From a virus (Duplodnaviria; Heunggongvirae; Uroviricota; Caudoviricetes): 20,741 nucleotides of DNA. Under the pieces are notes generated by a model. It ran no database searches. It saw only the letters and a program-made list of their open reading frames with translations, and was not told the DNA's origin. Within the stretch, counting starts at the first letter, position 1; each line of letters begins with the position of its first letter. The stretch lies in the IMG/VR virus record IMGVR_UViG_2630968533_000002; one strand, given 5' to 3'. Positions 8,269 through 16,833 of the stretch are shown piece by piece. The translations under genes and the position numbers were made by a program.

Positions 8269-8945
8269 TAGAATCCAAGCCCCCCAACAAGACCAATAAG
8301 CCCACCACCAATAGCGCCTGCCGCAGTACCTATTCCAGGAACAACGGAACCAAGTTGAGCACCCGCTAAAGCGCCTGATGCTGCCCCACCAATACCACGC
8401 GCAAGACTGGATGGCTGCTGCGCCTGACCTGCACGAATAGCGCCAAGCCCCTGCAAGAGTTGTCCGGTATTATTGGCGTAGTTTTGCCCTGCCGTTGCCT
8501 GCCCTGATGCCGCATTCATCCCGACATTTAGCAGGTTTCCATAATTTTGCATTTGCCCACTAAGCCAATTGTTATAAAGCATGGGCGCAATGGAAGATAA
8601 CTGGTTACTGGTAGCTGTTGAGCCAAGCCCCCCGGTAGCTTCTGCTGAGACAAGGTTCTGATAACGGGCCTGATCTGCCTGTGTTTTATATAAACCAGAA
8701 CCAAAGAAATCATTCGCGGCTTTATTCTGCCCTTCCAGAGTCATCAGTCCTTGTAGTTGTTGTAAAGCAGGCAATCCGACTTCTGCATACGGCTTGAGAT
8801 TATTCATCACCGTATTCCACTGCTCGCGCTGCAAATCAATTGCCTGCTGCTGGGCCTTCGCCTGAGCTTTAGAGGCACCACCATCACCGCCTTTTTCGTA
8901 TACGGCACGATTGAGATGTTTATGAGCTATATGGGTAATTAACAT
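8268..8945 (-). CDS. 225-aa protein with Gly-rich hydrophobic C-terminal tail; P22 gp7-like ejection protein candidate
   Basis: ORF overlapping neighbours; C-terminus GIGGAASGALAGAQLGSVVPGIGTAAGAIGGGLIGLVGGLGF; size close to P22 gp7 (about 229 aa, from memory). Confidence 0.7.
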   Translation of the reverse strand: MLITHIAHKHLNRAVYEKGGDGGASKAQAKAQQQAIDLQREQWNTVMNNLKPYAEVGLPALQQLQGLMTLEGQNKAANDFFGSGLYKTQADQARYQNLVSAEATGGLGSTATSNQLSSIAPMLYNNWLSGQMQNYGNLLNVGMNAASGQATAGQNYANNTGQLLQGLGAIRAGQAQQPSSLARGIGGAASGALAGAQLGSVVPGIGTAAGAIGGGLIGLVGGLGF

Positions 8946-9400
8946 TCGCTGAATTCCTTATATTGTTGCCGAGTTAACTGATAAAGCGTTACGCCGACGG
9001 GTTTACCACATCTGATATAAGCATCATCAAGGTGACCAACACGGGTAGCGCCAAGCAAACGGATAATTGCCCGTCCGTATTTGGTGGTGTCAGGAACCAT
9101 GGTAATGCTGTTAAGGAATGGTGAGTTTTCGAGAAGCCATTTGCAGAATAATCGATGCCCTTGCAGTGCATATTCACCACGGAATCCGGGGTCGTACACC
9201 GCATGGCATTCAACAATGCTATGCCAGAAGTTACGCACTTCATGAACGCCAGCCAGCACCAATCCTTCGTAGATGCCGAGATATACCGCATCAGGCTTGA
9301 TGTAGTACGTGTGCCCCGGCTCAACAATATTTTCGGTATTGCCAGGATCGTTAAGAAAGGCCTGTAATCGCACAGGGTTATCAATAAATTTTAGTTCCAT
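8939..9400 (-). CDS. 153-aa protein, first large gene of the operon; gp14-like position
   Basis: ORF overlapping the 225-aa gene by 7 bp; function unknown; assignment by position only. Confidence 0.6.
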   Translation of the reverse strand: MELKFIDNPVRLQAFLNDPGNTENIVEPGHTYYIKPDAVYLGIYEGLVLAGVHEVRNFWHSIVECHAVYDPGFRGEYALQGHRLFCKWLLENSPFLNSITMVPDTTKYGRAIIRLLGATRVGHLDDAYIRCGKPVGVTLYQLTRQQYKEFSEC

Positions 9401-9416
9401 GCGATGCCATCCATTT

Positions 9417-9578
9417 TCACATACAGCCTGCCAGCGCCTTATCTATTAACCCTCGTGCAATTTCATGTAGAGTTGGCGCTACTCCAATTCCTGATTTTTT
9501 ACGCTGCTCTTCCTGAATTTTCTTTATCGCTTCCATTTGCTTCTCACTTATCAATACCGGCTTTACTGAAATAGCCAT
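9417..9578 (-). CDS. Small RHH-like protein (53 aa), not in the ORF track; putative operon regulator
   Basis: Translated by hand: MAISVKPVLISEKQMEAIKKIQEEQRKKSGIGVAPTLHEIARGLIDKALAGCM; AAGGGGG Shine-Dalgarno 4-5 nt upstream; stop 17 bp before the 153-aa start. Confidence 0.45.
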   Translation of the reverse strand: MAISVKPVLISEKQMEAIKKIQEEQRKKSGIGVAPTLHEIARGLIDKALAGCM

Positions 9579-10071
9579 AACGCCCCCTTAGAACTGTATA
9601 AAACAACAGTTATTATAGTTTCATAAAACGCAATATTCATCATGTTTATTGCAAAATGTGAAACGAATAGCACAAGAAAATGCCACCGCTCAGTAGCTGG
9701 TGGCATCGTTCTGTGTGTCAAGTTTTGACAGGTTTTTTATGGACTCTAAAAACTATATTTATGGTGTCGCATTACTCTTCATGGCAGGCGCTTTCCAGTT
9801 CTGCCCTTGCTTCTGGCTCCATTGGTAATTTGATTCGCGATCAGCTATGCGGATGGTTTGCTGAACAGGCATAACAACATCTCAGAGGCTATTTTTTGAA
9901 CTACGAAAATTTCGTAGTGCTCACCTTCAAAAACGTCACGCCCTTGTACACTGGATTTTACAAAAGTCTCGTAAAACTCTTTCCTGTTCTGGGCTATGTG
10001 CCAAACCGCAGCGAATACCTCCGTCTGCCAGATGAGCAAAACATACCTTATAAAGAAAATCGCTGTTTTTG

Positions 10072-10175
10072 CTGTACCACCTGTACCACCATGCCACAAA
10101 CCCTTGTGTGGCGCGGCCTACAGGTGGTACAGGTGGGTAAAAATGACCTCTACCCACCTGTACAGACCTGTACCA
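10072..10175. repeat. Iteron cluster B: multiple copies of GGTGGTACAGG / CCTGTACCACC in both orientations
   Basis: Read directly: CTGTACCAC-CTGTACCACC (10072-10090), GGTGGTACAGGTGG (10123-10136), CCACCTGTACAGACCTGTACCA (10154-10175). ORF-track ORFs across this region are probably spurious. Confidence 0.6.
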
Positions 10176-10180
10176 TTTAT

Positions 10181-10918
10181 TTAATTTTTACCCATAGCAG
10201 CACATAATCCCTTTTTTGAAATATTGAAAAATGCGTTCATTCTTCCCGCTGGTTTAACCTTGTAGCCGCTTGCCACCATCGCCGCAATAAATGCTCCGTT
10301 GGGGATATAGTGCGGGTGATCACTGTGCTGGTGGTTTATCTGGTTATATCGCTCCACTTCATGCTTCAACGTGTCAGATGTGGGGTTATCCTGCGGGAAG
10401 CTCTCAATCTGGGCATTACTCATCCCGTTGTCTCTGATCCATCTCAGGCAGCTTTTCGCCGATACGATAAATGACGGGTTATCAAGCGGGTTTTCCCAGT
10501 CCGCATTCCGGTTGTGGAGCGCCAGTCCGTCAAGGTTAAATTGTGGGTATTCAGCGGTAATTACTGTCACTGCGTGGCGGATTTCAGTCTCGTCACAACA
10601 TGGCTCATCTCCCACACCAGCAGGGTAATAATCTGAACCACCGGGACTGATACAGCGTTTACCACTGAAAGGCCATTGCTTCGCCATTTCGGGTGTTGAG
10701 TGATTACCGTCGCTCCGTTCGCGCTGTGCCTCTGTCCACTGGCTGGCATATTCAGTAAATGAAACCCTTTGCCCCTGGCGCATCCAGTGCGCAATCATAA
10801 TTAAAGTGCGTTCCAGACTTTGGATGTCGCCAGCATTCCCGCACTGTGTAGCGAAACTTTTTAATTCTTCGCGCTCCGTTCTGGTCATTCCCTGCGGTAT
10901 GCAATAGTTATTGTTCAT
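10181..10918 (-). CDS. Hypothetical 245-aa protein between the two iteron clusters
   Basis: Long ORF, overlaps the upstream 76-aa ORF; no family recognised. Confidence 0.55.
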   Translation of the reverse strand: MNNNYCIPQGMTRTEREELKSFATQCGNAGDIQSLERTLIMIAHWMRQGQRVSFTEYASQWTEAQRERSDGNHSTPEMAKQWPFSGKRCISPGGSDYYPAGVGDEPCCDETEIRHAVTVITAEYPQFNLDGLALHNRNADWENPLDNPSFIVSAKSCLRWIRDNGMSNAQIESFPQDNPTSDTLKHEVERYNQINHQHSDHPHYIPNGAFIAAMVASGYKVKPAGRMNAFFNISKKGLCAAMGKN

Positions 10919-11138
10919 GTTTTACCTCTCTGATTTCTGCTGCCATATCTGTTGGCTCTATACAGCCGTCACGACTTGCCACGCAGGGGATAATGATTTC
11001 AACGGTATCGCCGTCAATACACATTTCAACATTCGCCCATGCCGCAATGGGTAGCCAGTCTGAACGCCCCTCAAACCGTAGCTGCCAGCCAGAGGAAGAA
11101 GCTAACTGGCGCACTTTGTAAAATGGTGTGCTCATCAT
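10908..11138 (-). CDS. Hypothetical 76-aa protein
   Basis: ORF immediately downstream of iteron cluster A, overlapping the 245-aa gene start; no family recognised. Confidence 0.4.
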   Translation of the reverse strand: MMSTPFYKVRQLASSSGWQLRFEGRSDWLPIAAWANVEMCIDGDTVEIIIPCVASRDGCIEPTDMAAEIREVKHEQ

Positions 11139-11182
11139 TGGTCGTTCCCTCTCAGCCAGCCAGAAGAAATGCGTTTGTTAAT

Positions 11183-11285
11183 GGTATAGGTGGTACAGGT
11201 CTGGTATAGGTAAGATATTGACCTGTACCACTATAACGCATTGTTTTTAATGCTGAATTAGCAAAGTGGTATAGGTGGTACAGGT
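11183..11285. repeat. Iteron cluster A (putative replication origin): perfect 18-bp direct repeat GGTATAGGTGGTACAGGT at 11183-11200 and 11268-11285, with inverted partial copy ACCTGTACCAC at 11221-11231
   Basis: Read directly; lies 30-130 bp beyond the stop of the primase-helicase gene, where PICI/P4-type elements place their iteron origins. Confidence 0.6.
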
Positions 11286-11314
11286 AAAAACGTTCTTCTT
11301 GTAAAAAGACTATA

Positions 11315-13669
11315 TTAAAAAACATCATAACCCCCCATACCGATCAGACGGGCAAACGCAGCCTGTAGAACTCCGACCTCTGGTAGTTCGTAGAACACGC
11401 CATTCCCACGGTCTGGTCTTCCATGCTTCACCAGCCCCATTTGTGCAAGTGACTTACCCAGTAGTGATCTGGCTGCTGGTTCTTTAAGCTTTTCCCCACG
11501 CTCAAGCGACCACGCTACAAATCGACTAACCATATCCTTTGCAAACAAACGGACTTCGCCATTAAACGGAGGTTCATTGATTAGCTCGCCATAAAGAAAC
11601 AATTCAACGCCAGACAGCCCCAGCAAGATTTCTTCACGTAAGGCATCGGTCTGTGGCGCTCGTTGAGGGTCAAAACCTGATAGATCCACCCCTTTAAGAT
11701 GCCAAAGCAACTTTGCGGCACCGCCATCATTAAGCCAACTGTACAGCCGATCAAAATACTCCCGGCTCTGTGCTTTTTCAGGAGATGGCTCAAGCACGAG
11801 ATAGCGGCGCTCTCTTATCCCTGCCTGTAATACCTGTGTGCTGTTACTGGCAAATATCAACCGGGCAAAATTCGGCATTGGTTCAGCATCAATTCCCTTG
11901 CGCTCAAGGTTAAACGTCGGTTCGCTAATAATCGCTTTAAGTCTGTCAGCTTCAGACGGCTTGTGGATCGTCACTTCGTCAGCAAATACCAGTAGCTTGT
12001 TAGCAAGTATTGAATTGAAGCGCCCTGAAATATGTCCCGCCCCGTTAATGTGGGCGGCGTACTGCCCCAGTATTTGCAGCAGCGGTTTAACCGTTGTGCC
12101 TTTCCCTGTGCCCGGGACAGATTTCATTACGATTGCCACGGACGGTTTTTCATCAGGCTTTTGGATAATGTGCGCCATCCACTGGATAAGATATTGGTAT
12201 GCCTCTTCATTCCCGGCACAGACAACCTGCAACAGGTGATTAAGGTATACCGTGCAATCTCCTTCAATTGGTTCCAGTGCCAGCCCCTCATACAGATTAA
12301 AAACATCGTCAGGGCATTTGTCTGGTACTGGATAAAATCCTACGCCTCCTGGCTTGTAGTTCTTCCCACTCCATGACAGCCACGCCGATCCCGCCAGCTT
12401 TCTGGCGACTCTCGGTTTATGATGAAAATAATGCTGAAATTGTGATAAATCCTCGAAAACGTGCGATACACCGCCGGTTTGAGAAGGCTTTAGCGACACC
12501 ACCTTGTGTTTCCCGCCGATGGTGACATGCGTAAACGTCCGGTTGATTTCTTCGAGGACAGCAATTTCATCATCGCTTAACACCTCGCCAGAACTGATCT
12601 CATTCAGCGCCCCGACTGACTGTTTGTGATTTTTCACCTGCGCCCCTTTCCCCCGTGGCTGGTACATCGAATCTTTAAATGCTGCTGTGGCTGCCGCCAG
12701 CCCGTGTTGTTGGTGATAGTCGTTCCAGTCGGCTTTATAGTCAGTCGGTGGCAGAGACACCCAGCCAGCTACGGAAATAGCGGCCCTCTCTGCGGCATCT
12801 TTCCCCGTGTTGATCCCTCCACTTTCGGAGTTTCCTTGCTGGTGATCGTTATCTGCGGCAATGATGATTTGTGCCTGTGGATATGTTCTGCGCATGACTT
12901 CCGCTACTGGCAACAGGTTGCCAGCGTCGATTGCTGCCACTGTCATTGCGTCAGGGCGAATTAAATGGCACGACAGGGCGGTAGCCACCCCCTCAGCAAT
13001 TATGATGCTGTGAGGTCGTTTCTGTGCGTTTATGGCGTGATATGCCCCCCGCTTTGCCGAACCTGTCAGGAGTCTTTTTTCACCATGTGAGGTAATAGTC
13101 TGTGCTGCTGTGACTGCGCCGGATTTATCCACCAGCGCCAGCAATAGAGATCCATCTGGCAACACGGGAAATGTAAAATCACCTACCCCTTTCGCAACCA
13201 GATAATCAGATTTGCTGTTTACAGCCTTTCTGCGCATGTCATCAAACTGACGGGAAAACGTATCCCGTCTTTGTTGTTCATCCTTCTCTGCCCTTTTCAG
13301 GCGCTCCTGTTCGCGTCGCTGGCGCTCGGTTTCCAGTTGTTCCCGTTTCTGGCTGGTGGCTTCTGGTGTTTCTGTTGTCCGGTAATCAATACCCAGAACA
13401 TCAGCGGCAAGCAGCGCCGCCTCTGTTGTGTCGCAGTTATTTACGCGTTTAATTAAATCCAGCCCATCACCAGCGCCGCACTGATTACAGATGAAGCTAC
13501 CGCGCCCGTTGTCATCGAACCGGAATCGATCTTTGCCCCCACATGCAGGGCAGGGAGCATGACGGCGAGGAGAGTCAGGGACATTTATGTTCAGGCAGCC
13601 CAGCACATGAGGCCAGTTGTTTTCAGACGCACTGATAACCTGACGGATAAGATCAATGTTTCGCATCAC
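11315..13669 (-). CDS. P4 alpha / D5-type primase-helicase (784 aa)
   Basis: N-terminal CxxC..CxxC zinc-ribbon (APCPACGG...ICNQCGAGDG), TOPRIM-like AADND motif, C-terminal helicase Walker A (VPGTGKGTT) and Walker B (LLVFADEV). Confidence 0.85.
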   Translation of the reverse strand: MMRNIDLIRQVISASENNWPHVLGCLNINVPDSPRRHAPCPACGGKDRFRFDDNGRGSFICNQCGAGDGLDLIKRVNNCDTTEAALLAADVLGIDYRTTETPEATSQKREQLETERQRREQERLKRAEKDEQQRRDTFSRQFDDMRRKAVNSKSDYLVAKGVGDFTFPVLPDGSLLLALVDKSGAVTAAQTITSHGEKRLLTGSAKRGAYHAINAQKRPHSIIIAEGVATALSCHLIRPDAMTVAAIDAGNLLPVAEVMRRTYPQAQIIIAADNDHQQGNSESGGINTGKDAAERAAISVAGWVSLPPTDYKADWNDYHQQHGLAAATAAFKDSMYQPRGKGAQVKNHKQSVGALNEISSGEVLSDDEIAVLEEINRTFTHVTIGGKHKVVSLKPSQTGGVSHVFEDLSQFQHYFHHKPRVARKLAGSAWLSWSGKNYKPGGVGFYPVPDKCPDDVFNLYEGLALEPIEGDCTVYLNHLLQVVCAGNEEAYQYLIQWMAHIIQKPDEKPSVAIVMKSVPGTGKGTTVKPLLQILGQYAAHINGAGHISGRFNSILANKLLVFADEVTIHKPSEADRLKAIISEPTFNLERKGIDAEPMPNFARLIFASNSTQVLQAGIRERRYLVLEPSPEKAQSREYFDRLYSWLNDGGAAKLLWHLKGVDLSGFDPQRAPQTDALREEILLGLSGVELFLYGELINEPPFNGEVRLFAKDMVSRFVAWSLERGEKLKEPAARSLLGKSLAQMGLVKHGRPDRGNGVFYELPEVGVLQAAFARLIGMGGYDVF

Positions 13670-14024
13670 CGTACCCCACGTGGTCTATAGCGTTTGCGAT
13701 ATGGCTAACCAGCATCTGCCACTTGGTTATTCCGTAATCAGTCAGCATGCCATCATTGTTTAGCCACATATCAAATTCAGCGGTTGTCGCAAGTTTCCAC
13801 TTATCGCCGTGGACAGTCCTCATTGCTGGGTACATGAATGCGCAAATCAGATCACAAACATCTGACGGCTTCAGAGATGTAGTAATGGTGCGTCCCTCTG
13901 GCGTCTGAATTGCCATTTTCTCTTCACCAGTAGAATGAAGGTTATGAATCCACACAGCGCCAGCAATCTTTGCCACCTGCTCTCCGATTGCGGAGCTAAG
14001 CGCCATTTCTGCATTTTCACGCAT
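13653..14024 (-). CDS. Hypothetical small protein (123 aa; alternative start at 14006)
   Basis: ORF in the same-strand chain, overlapping both neighbours. Confidence 0.5.
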   Translation of the reverse strand: MRENAEMALSSAIGEQVAKIAGAVWIHNLHSTGEEKMAIQTPEGRTITTSLKPSDVCDLICAFMYPAMRTVHGDKWKLATTAEFDMWLNNDGMLTDYGITKWQMLVSHIANAIDHVGYGDAKH

Positions 14025-14358
14025 GAGAACCTCCCGCTACAGTTGCGCCCATGTCATTAACCATGCTTTGCCATATCTCATGCCCGACGTCAGTCAATCC
14101 GTCCTTAGTGACGCAACGATCAAGAAGCTCTATCCCCACGGTTTCCCACTGCGGGTAGAACACTTTCATGGCTGCCAGTGCGTAACTATCGATCAGGCTG
14201 CGAACGCCTTTTACTCCATTGACGATTTCCACACGGACGGCCTCTCCGTCCGCATCAATCATGAAATAGTCCCCGCCGCTGGTGGAGGTAATGTGGTTAT
14301 ACAGTGCTGACGCATACTTATTTGCCAGCGCATTCAGTCGGAAATTTTTAGTAATCAT
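14017..14358 (-). CDS. Hypothetical small protein (113 aa)
   Basis: ORF in the same-strand chain; no family recognised. Confidence 0.5.
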   Translation of the reverse strand: MITKNFRLNALANKYASALYNHITSTSGGDYFMIDADGEAVRVEIVNGVKGVRSLIDSYALAAMKVFYPQWETVGIELLDRCVTKDGLTDVGHEIWQSMVNDMGATVAGGSHA

Positions 14359-14368
14359 GGCTCCATCC

Positions 14369-14971
14369 TCAGTGCGTCACTGGTTCCGCTGGCATGCCGT
14401 TTTCATTCAGTTCAGCTATAAAGCTGTTGTGAAGTTCAGCAAGCGTTTCACGACCAAATGGAGTCAGTGCTCCTTGTTCCACATCCATCATGGCTCTGTA
14501 GAAAATGATGGCGCGTTCTGTGCCAGACTCGATGCCAAAACGTTCTATCATCGCGCCCTCAATGTTGTTTGCCATAGCGAGGCGCTCTGCTACTGGATAC
14601 AGCGGCATGGCGACGATGCCGTTGGAATAAACAGCCACTTCGGAAGGATTGCCAGTATCATCAATGATGCTGACAGTGCCGTTTTCCTCTCTCATTTCCA
14701 GCATGAATACTGTTGCGATCAGCCATCTCCACATAATGACGTTATGCTGTGATGTGTAATCGAAATATCCCTGGTTGCCGCCATCGGCAATAGCGAGATG
14801 TATTGACATACCTTCATCTGGTTTATCGTCATAATCCCCGGCATCCAGACGATTTACGGCATCAATATATGAAACGGCCTCAACGCGTTCTGTCATGCCA
14901 TCGTTGCTGCGGTACGCGATGTTTACGCCGTCAGGCGTTGCTTCTGCATGGAACGTTAAGAAATTATTCAT
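14369..14971 (-). CDS. Hypothetical acidic protein (200 aa from MNNFLTF; the ORF track extends it to 15076)
   Basis: ATG at 14971 overlaps the upstream stop in an ATGAATAA arrangement with an AGGCG Shine-Dalgarno-like sequence; preferred over the longer ORF for that reason. Confidence 0.5.
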   Translation of the reverse strand: MNNFLTFHAEATPDGVNIAYRSNDGMTERVEAVSYIDAVNRLDAGDYDDKPDEGMSIHLAIADGGNQGYFDYTSQHNVIMWRWLIATVFMLEMREENGTVSIIDDTGNPSEVAVYSNGIVAMPLYPVAERLAMANNIEGAMIERFGIESGTERAIIFYRAMMDVEQGALTPFGRETLAELHNSFIAELNENGMPAEPVTH

Positions 14972-15185
14972 GTTTCGCCTCGCCTGAATGATTCTGTAAC
15001 TCATATTTGCCCAACAATTCGTCTGCTTCCTGAATAGCTTCTGGTACGCCATTGAGCAGTGACATAACCGCGCCAATCATTAACTTGTCTCTGTTGCTGG
15101 GGCTGGCCCCTTCAAGCCAGAACCCTAAAACAGTCTGAACCTGTTCGATGCGACATTGCGCTTCAATGAGCTGGATGTTGGTCAT
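14964..15185 (-). CDS. Hypothetical small protein (73 aa)
   Basis: ORF whose start overlaps the upstream stop (ATGA). Confidence 0.45.
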   Translation of the reverse strand: MTNIQLIEAQCRIEQVQTVLGFWLEGASPSNRDKLMIGAVMSLLNGVPEAIQEADELLGKYELQNHSGEAKHE

Positions 15186-15445
15186 TTCGCACTCTCCACA
15201 TCGATTAAACTGATATCTATCAGGGAGGTAACTTTTTGTAGCCAGCTATTGATTACTGTCGCCTGTTCCCCTCCCACAGAGGGAATAATCTCATTCATCA
15301 CATGAACCAGACCTGTGCGCGCTCTGGTAAGCCGTTCAGTCGCGCAATCTGCGGGAGTGAATGTGTCTGGATATGGCTCTTCACGCCCCAGCAATGATTC
15401 AATTTCCAGCTCACACGGATGACGATAAATTAAGTTGATATTCAT
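15182..15445 (-). CDS. Hypothetical small protein (87 aa)
   Basis: ORF whose start overlaps the upstream stop (ATGA). Confidence 0.45.
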   Translation of the reverse strand: MNINLIYRHPCELEIESLLGREEPYPDTFTPADCATERLTRARTGLVHVMNEIIPSVGGEQATVINSWLQKVTSLIDISLIDVESAK

Positions 15446-15636
15446 TTTTCACCCCCAAGAATTACCAGCTCGGCACGGGCATCGTTAACCAAAGATGAGC
15501 ACGCTTTAATCGCATCCACGACATCAGCAGCGTCCATTTCTTCAGCTGAAAGACTGACAGCAACCAGGACAGCCGCTGCTTGCTCGATTAATTGAAGTGC
15601 GGACGTAAGGCGAGGGGTATTAATTGAGTTATTCAT
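15442..15636 (-). CDS. Hypothetical small protein (64 aa from MNNSIN)
   Basis: Internal ATG at 15636 with G-rich Shine-Dalgarno-like sequence, overlapping the upstream stop (ATGAATAA). Confidence 0.4.
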   Translation of the reverse strand: MNNSINTPRLTSALQLIEQAAAVLVAVSLSAEEMDAADVVDAIKACSSLVNDARAELVILGGEK

Positions 15637-16657
15637 TGGTTGCCCCCGTTTTTCCTGGCATTTCGCCACCTTCCAGCAGGAAATGAACGTCACGAACGGC
15701 GAGATCCAATATCGCGAGTAACGCCTTCAGTCTTTCGTCTCGTGAGGGAGAGTTGCTCACCAGAATGTCGTTAATCACTTCTGTCAGTGTGATGATCTGG
15801 CTTGTGCGTTCGAGGGGATCCATATGCACATCGTAGGTTTTAATCATGTGCCACCTCCATGCGGATACGACCAGCAAAAAAGCAGACGTGATCGCGCACC
15901 AGAGAACGGCGAGCATCGCGTTCAGACTCGGCAGCAATATGATGAATTTTGGCGGTAATTGTCGGGCAATCGCGGCGAACTGCGGCGATAATCCAGATAA
16001 ATTGCGGTTTTTGGGTAGGGGTAGTAGCCAGCATGTGGCAGCCTCCTTGATTGATGGTTTATAGCCACCGCCCAAGAGACCAATCTTGCTGGCGGTGGAC
16101 TGTACGGAGTTGGCCTTACTGGCAATCAAGGAAACCAGCCTACCCGAAGGTAGCCCCATACAGCCCACCATTGATAAGGTGTGCGTGTGCGCCGATACAA
16201 AAAAAGACGCTGGCGCGTCATGTATCGCCTCGATTGTCAGCGGGAGGCCAATCCCGGCACCCGTTTTATGAGGTGCCTTATAACCATAAACCGTGTTGCC
16301 GCATAACGGCAAGCTCTTTTTTATGGACTCCGAAAACTCACTATTGGAAGCACCAGATGCACAATACATCGCGCTCATTTCGTTAACGTCGCGAGTGTGG
16401 ACGAAGGTTTTTGTGGAGTCACTACGCGAGCAGAGAAAGCCATCTACGACCAGAAATTCTCTGGCGCTGCCGCTGACCTTCTCAACGCTAACATCATCGA
16501 CCGTAATTTCTGACATAGTTAAGGCATCCGCTCCTACCACCAGTAAATGATAAACTTTGCTTGTATCTGCTGTATTAATGCCTGACTTTGACGCCATATT
16601 GCTGGATTTTGGCGACATGCCAGCCAGTGAAAATATCTTCTTCTGGACGGGTATCAT
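15629..16657 (-). CDS. 342-codon ORF, Ser/Leu-rich; the C-terminal 72 codons (15629-15847) may be a separate gene; a second ORF is embedded out of frame at 15840-16034
   Basis: Start ATG at 16657 overlaps the TGA of the upstream 59-aa gene (ATGA); internal MIKTYD start at 15847 has a GGAGGTGG Shine-Dalgarno; true gene structure is uncertain. Confidence 0.4.
   Translation of the reverse strand: MIPVQKKIFSLAGMSPKSSNMASKSGINTADTSKVYHLLVVGADALTMSEITVDDVSVEKVSGSAREFLVVDGFLCSRSDSTKTFVHTRDVNEMSAMYCASGASNSEFSESIKKSLPLCGNTVYGYKAPHKTGAGIGLPLTIEAIHDAPASFFVSAHTHTLSMVGCMGLPSGRLVSLIASKANSVQSTASKIGLLGGGYKPSIKEAATCWLLPLPKNRNLSGLSPQFAAIARQLPPKFIILLPSLNAMLAVLWCAITSAFLLVVSAWRWHMIKTYDVHMDPLERTSQIITLTEVINDILVSNSPSRDERLKALLAILDLAVRDVHFLLEGGEMPGKTGATNE
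15840..16034 (-). CDS. 64-aa ORF, possibly Icd-like (host cell-division inhibitor family), embedded out of frame in the 342-codon ORF
   Basis: Canonical AAGGAGG Shine-Dalgarno 7 nt upstream of ATG; [10 protein letters not shown]...[14 protein letters not shown] motif loosely recalls Icd-like proteins of P4-type elements (memory only). Confidence 0.4.
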   Translation of the reverse strand: MLATTPTQKPQFIWIIAAVRRDCPTITAKIHHIAAESERDARRSLVRDHVCFFAGRIRMEVAHD

Positions 16658-16833
16658 TGGTTAACCTCTGCAAACTCCTTCATGAAACGCGCCAGCGGTT
16701 GTACGCATGGCGATTGATACCCGTCGCGATAAAACGTCACTCGGTTGTGAGACACGCTTTCGACAGTAACGAGTGCTCCGTGGGCATCTTTGTAGCGTTT
16801 TTGAGGTTGTGGTGTTCCTGTTGGCTTAGACAT
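16654..16833 (-). CDS. Small conserved prophage protein (59 aa, DUF4222-like); the ORF track gives a longer version to 16920
   Basis: ATG at 16833 with GGAGG Shine-Dalgarno 6 nt upstream, overlapping the stop of the antirepressor-like gene; family assignment from memory, low certainty. Confidence 0.45.
   Translation of the reverse strand: MSKPTGTPQPQKRYKDAHGALVTVESVSHNRVTFYRDGYQSPCVQPLARFMKEFAEVNQ

Noticed and set aside
9680-10207. ORF-track ORFs across the promoter and iteron region (9680-9874, 9845-10099, 9896-10207, 9936-10157, 9996-10184)
   Set aside because: They overlap each other on both strands across a repeat-rich intergenic region; repetitive non-coding DNA is the simpler reading.
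10181-11138. Whether the 245-aa or 76-aa proteins are P4 Sid/Delta/Psu-type capsid-size or helper-control proteins
   Set aside because: Sizes and sequences give no recognisable support and the expected sid-delta-psu triplet is absent; left as hypothetical proteins.
2621-11285. Possibility that the short repeat arrays are a CRISPR array
   Set aside because: Repeat units are only 9-18 bp, occur in both orientations with irregular spacing and have no uniform spacers; they are operator or iteron arrays.
11581-13456. Internal ORFs overlapping the primase-helicase gene (11581-11793, 11838-12239, 12032-12376, 12626-12964, 13271-13456)
   Set aside because: Embedded in a 784-aa gene with clear primase and helicase motifs; translations are Cys/Trp-rich and implausible.
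9733-16340. Near-identical roughly 22-bp segment TTTTTTATGGACTC(Y)(R)AAAACT at 9733-9758 and 16314-16340
   Set aside because: A single 14-bp exact match in 20 kb is about what chance predicts, and one copy lies inside a coding region; not treated as a functional repeat.
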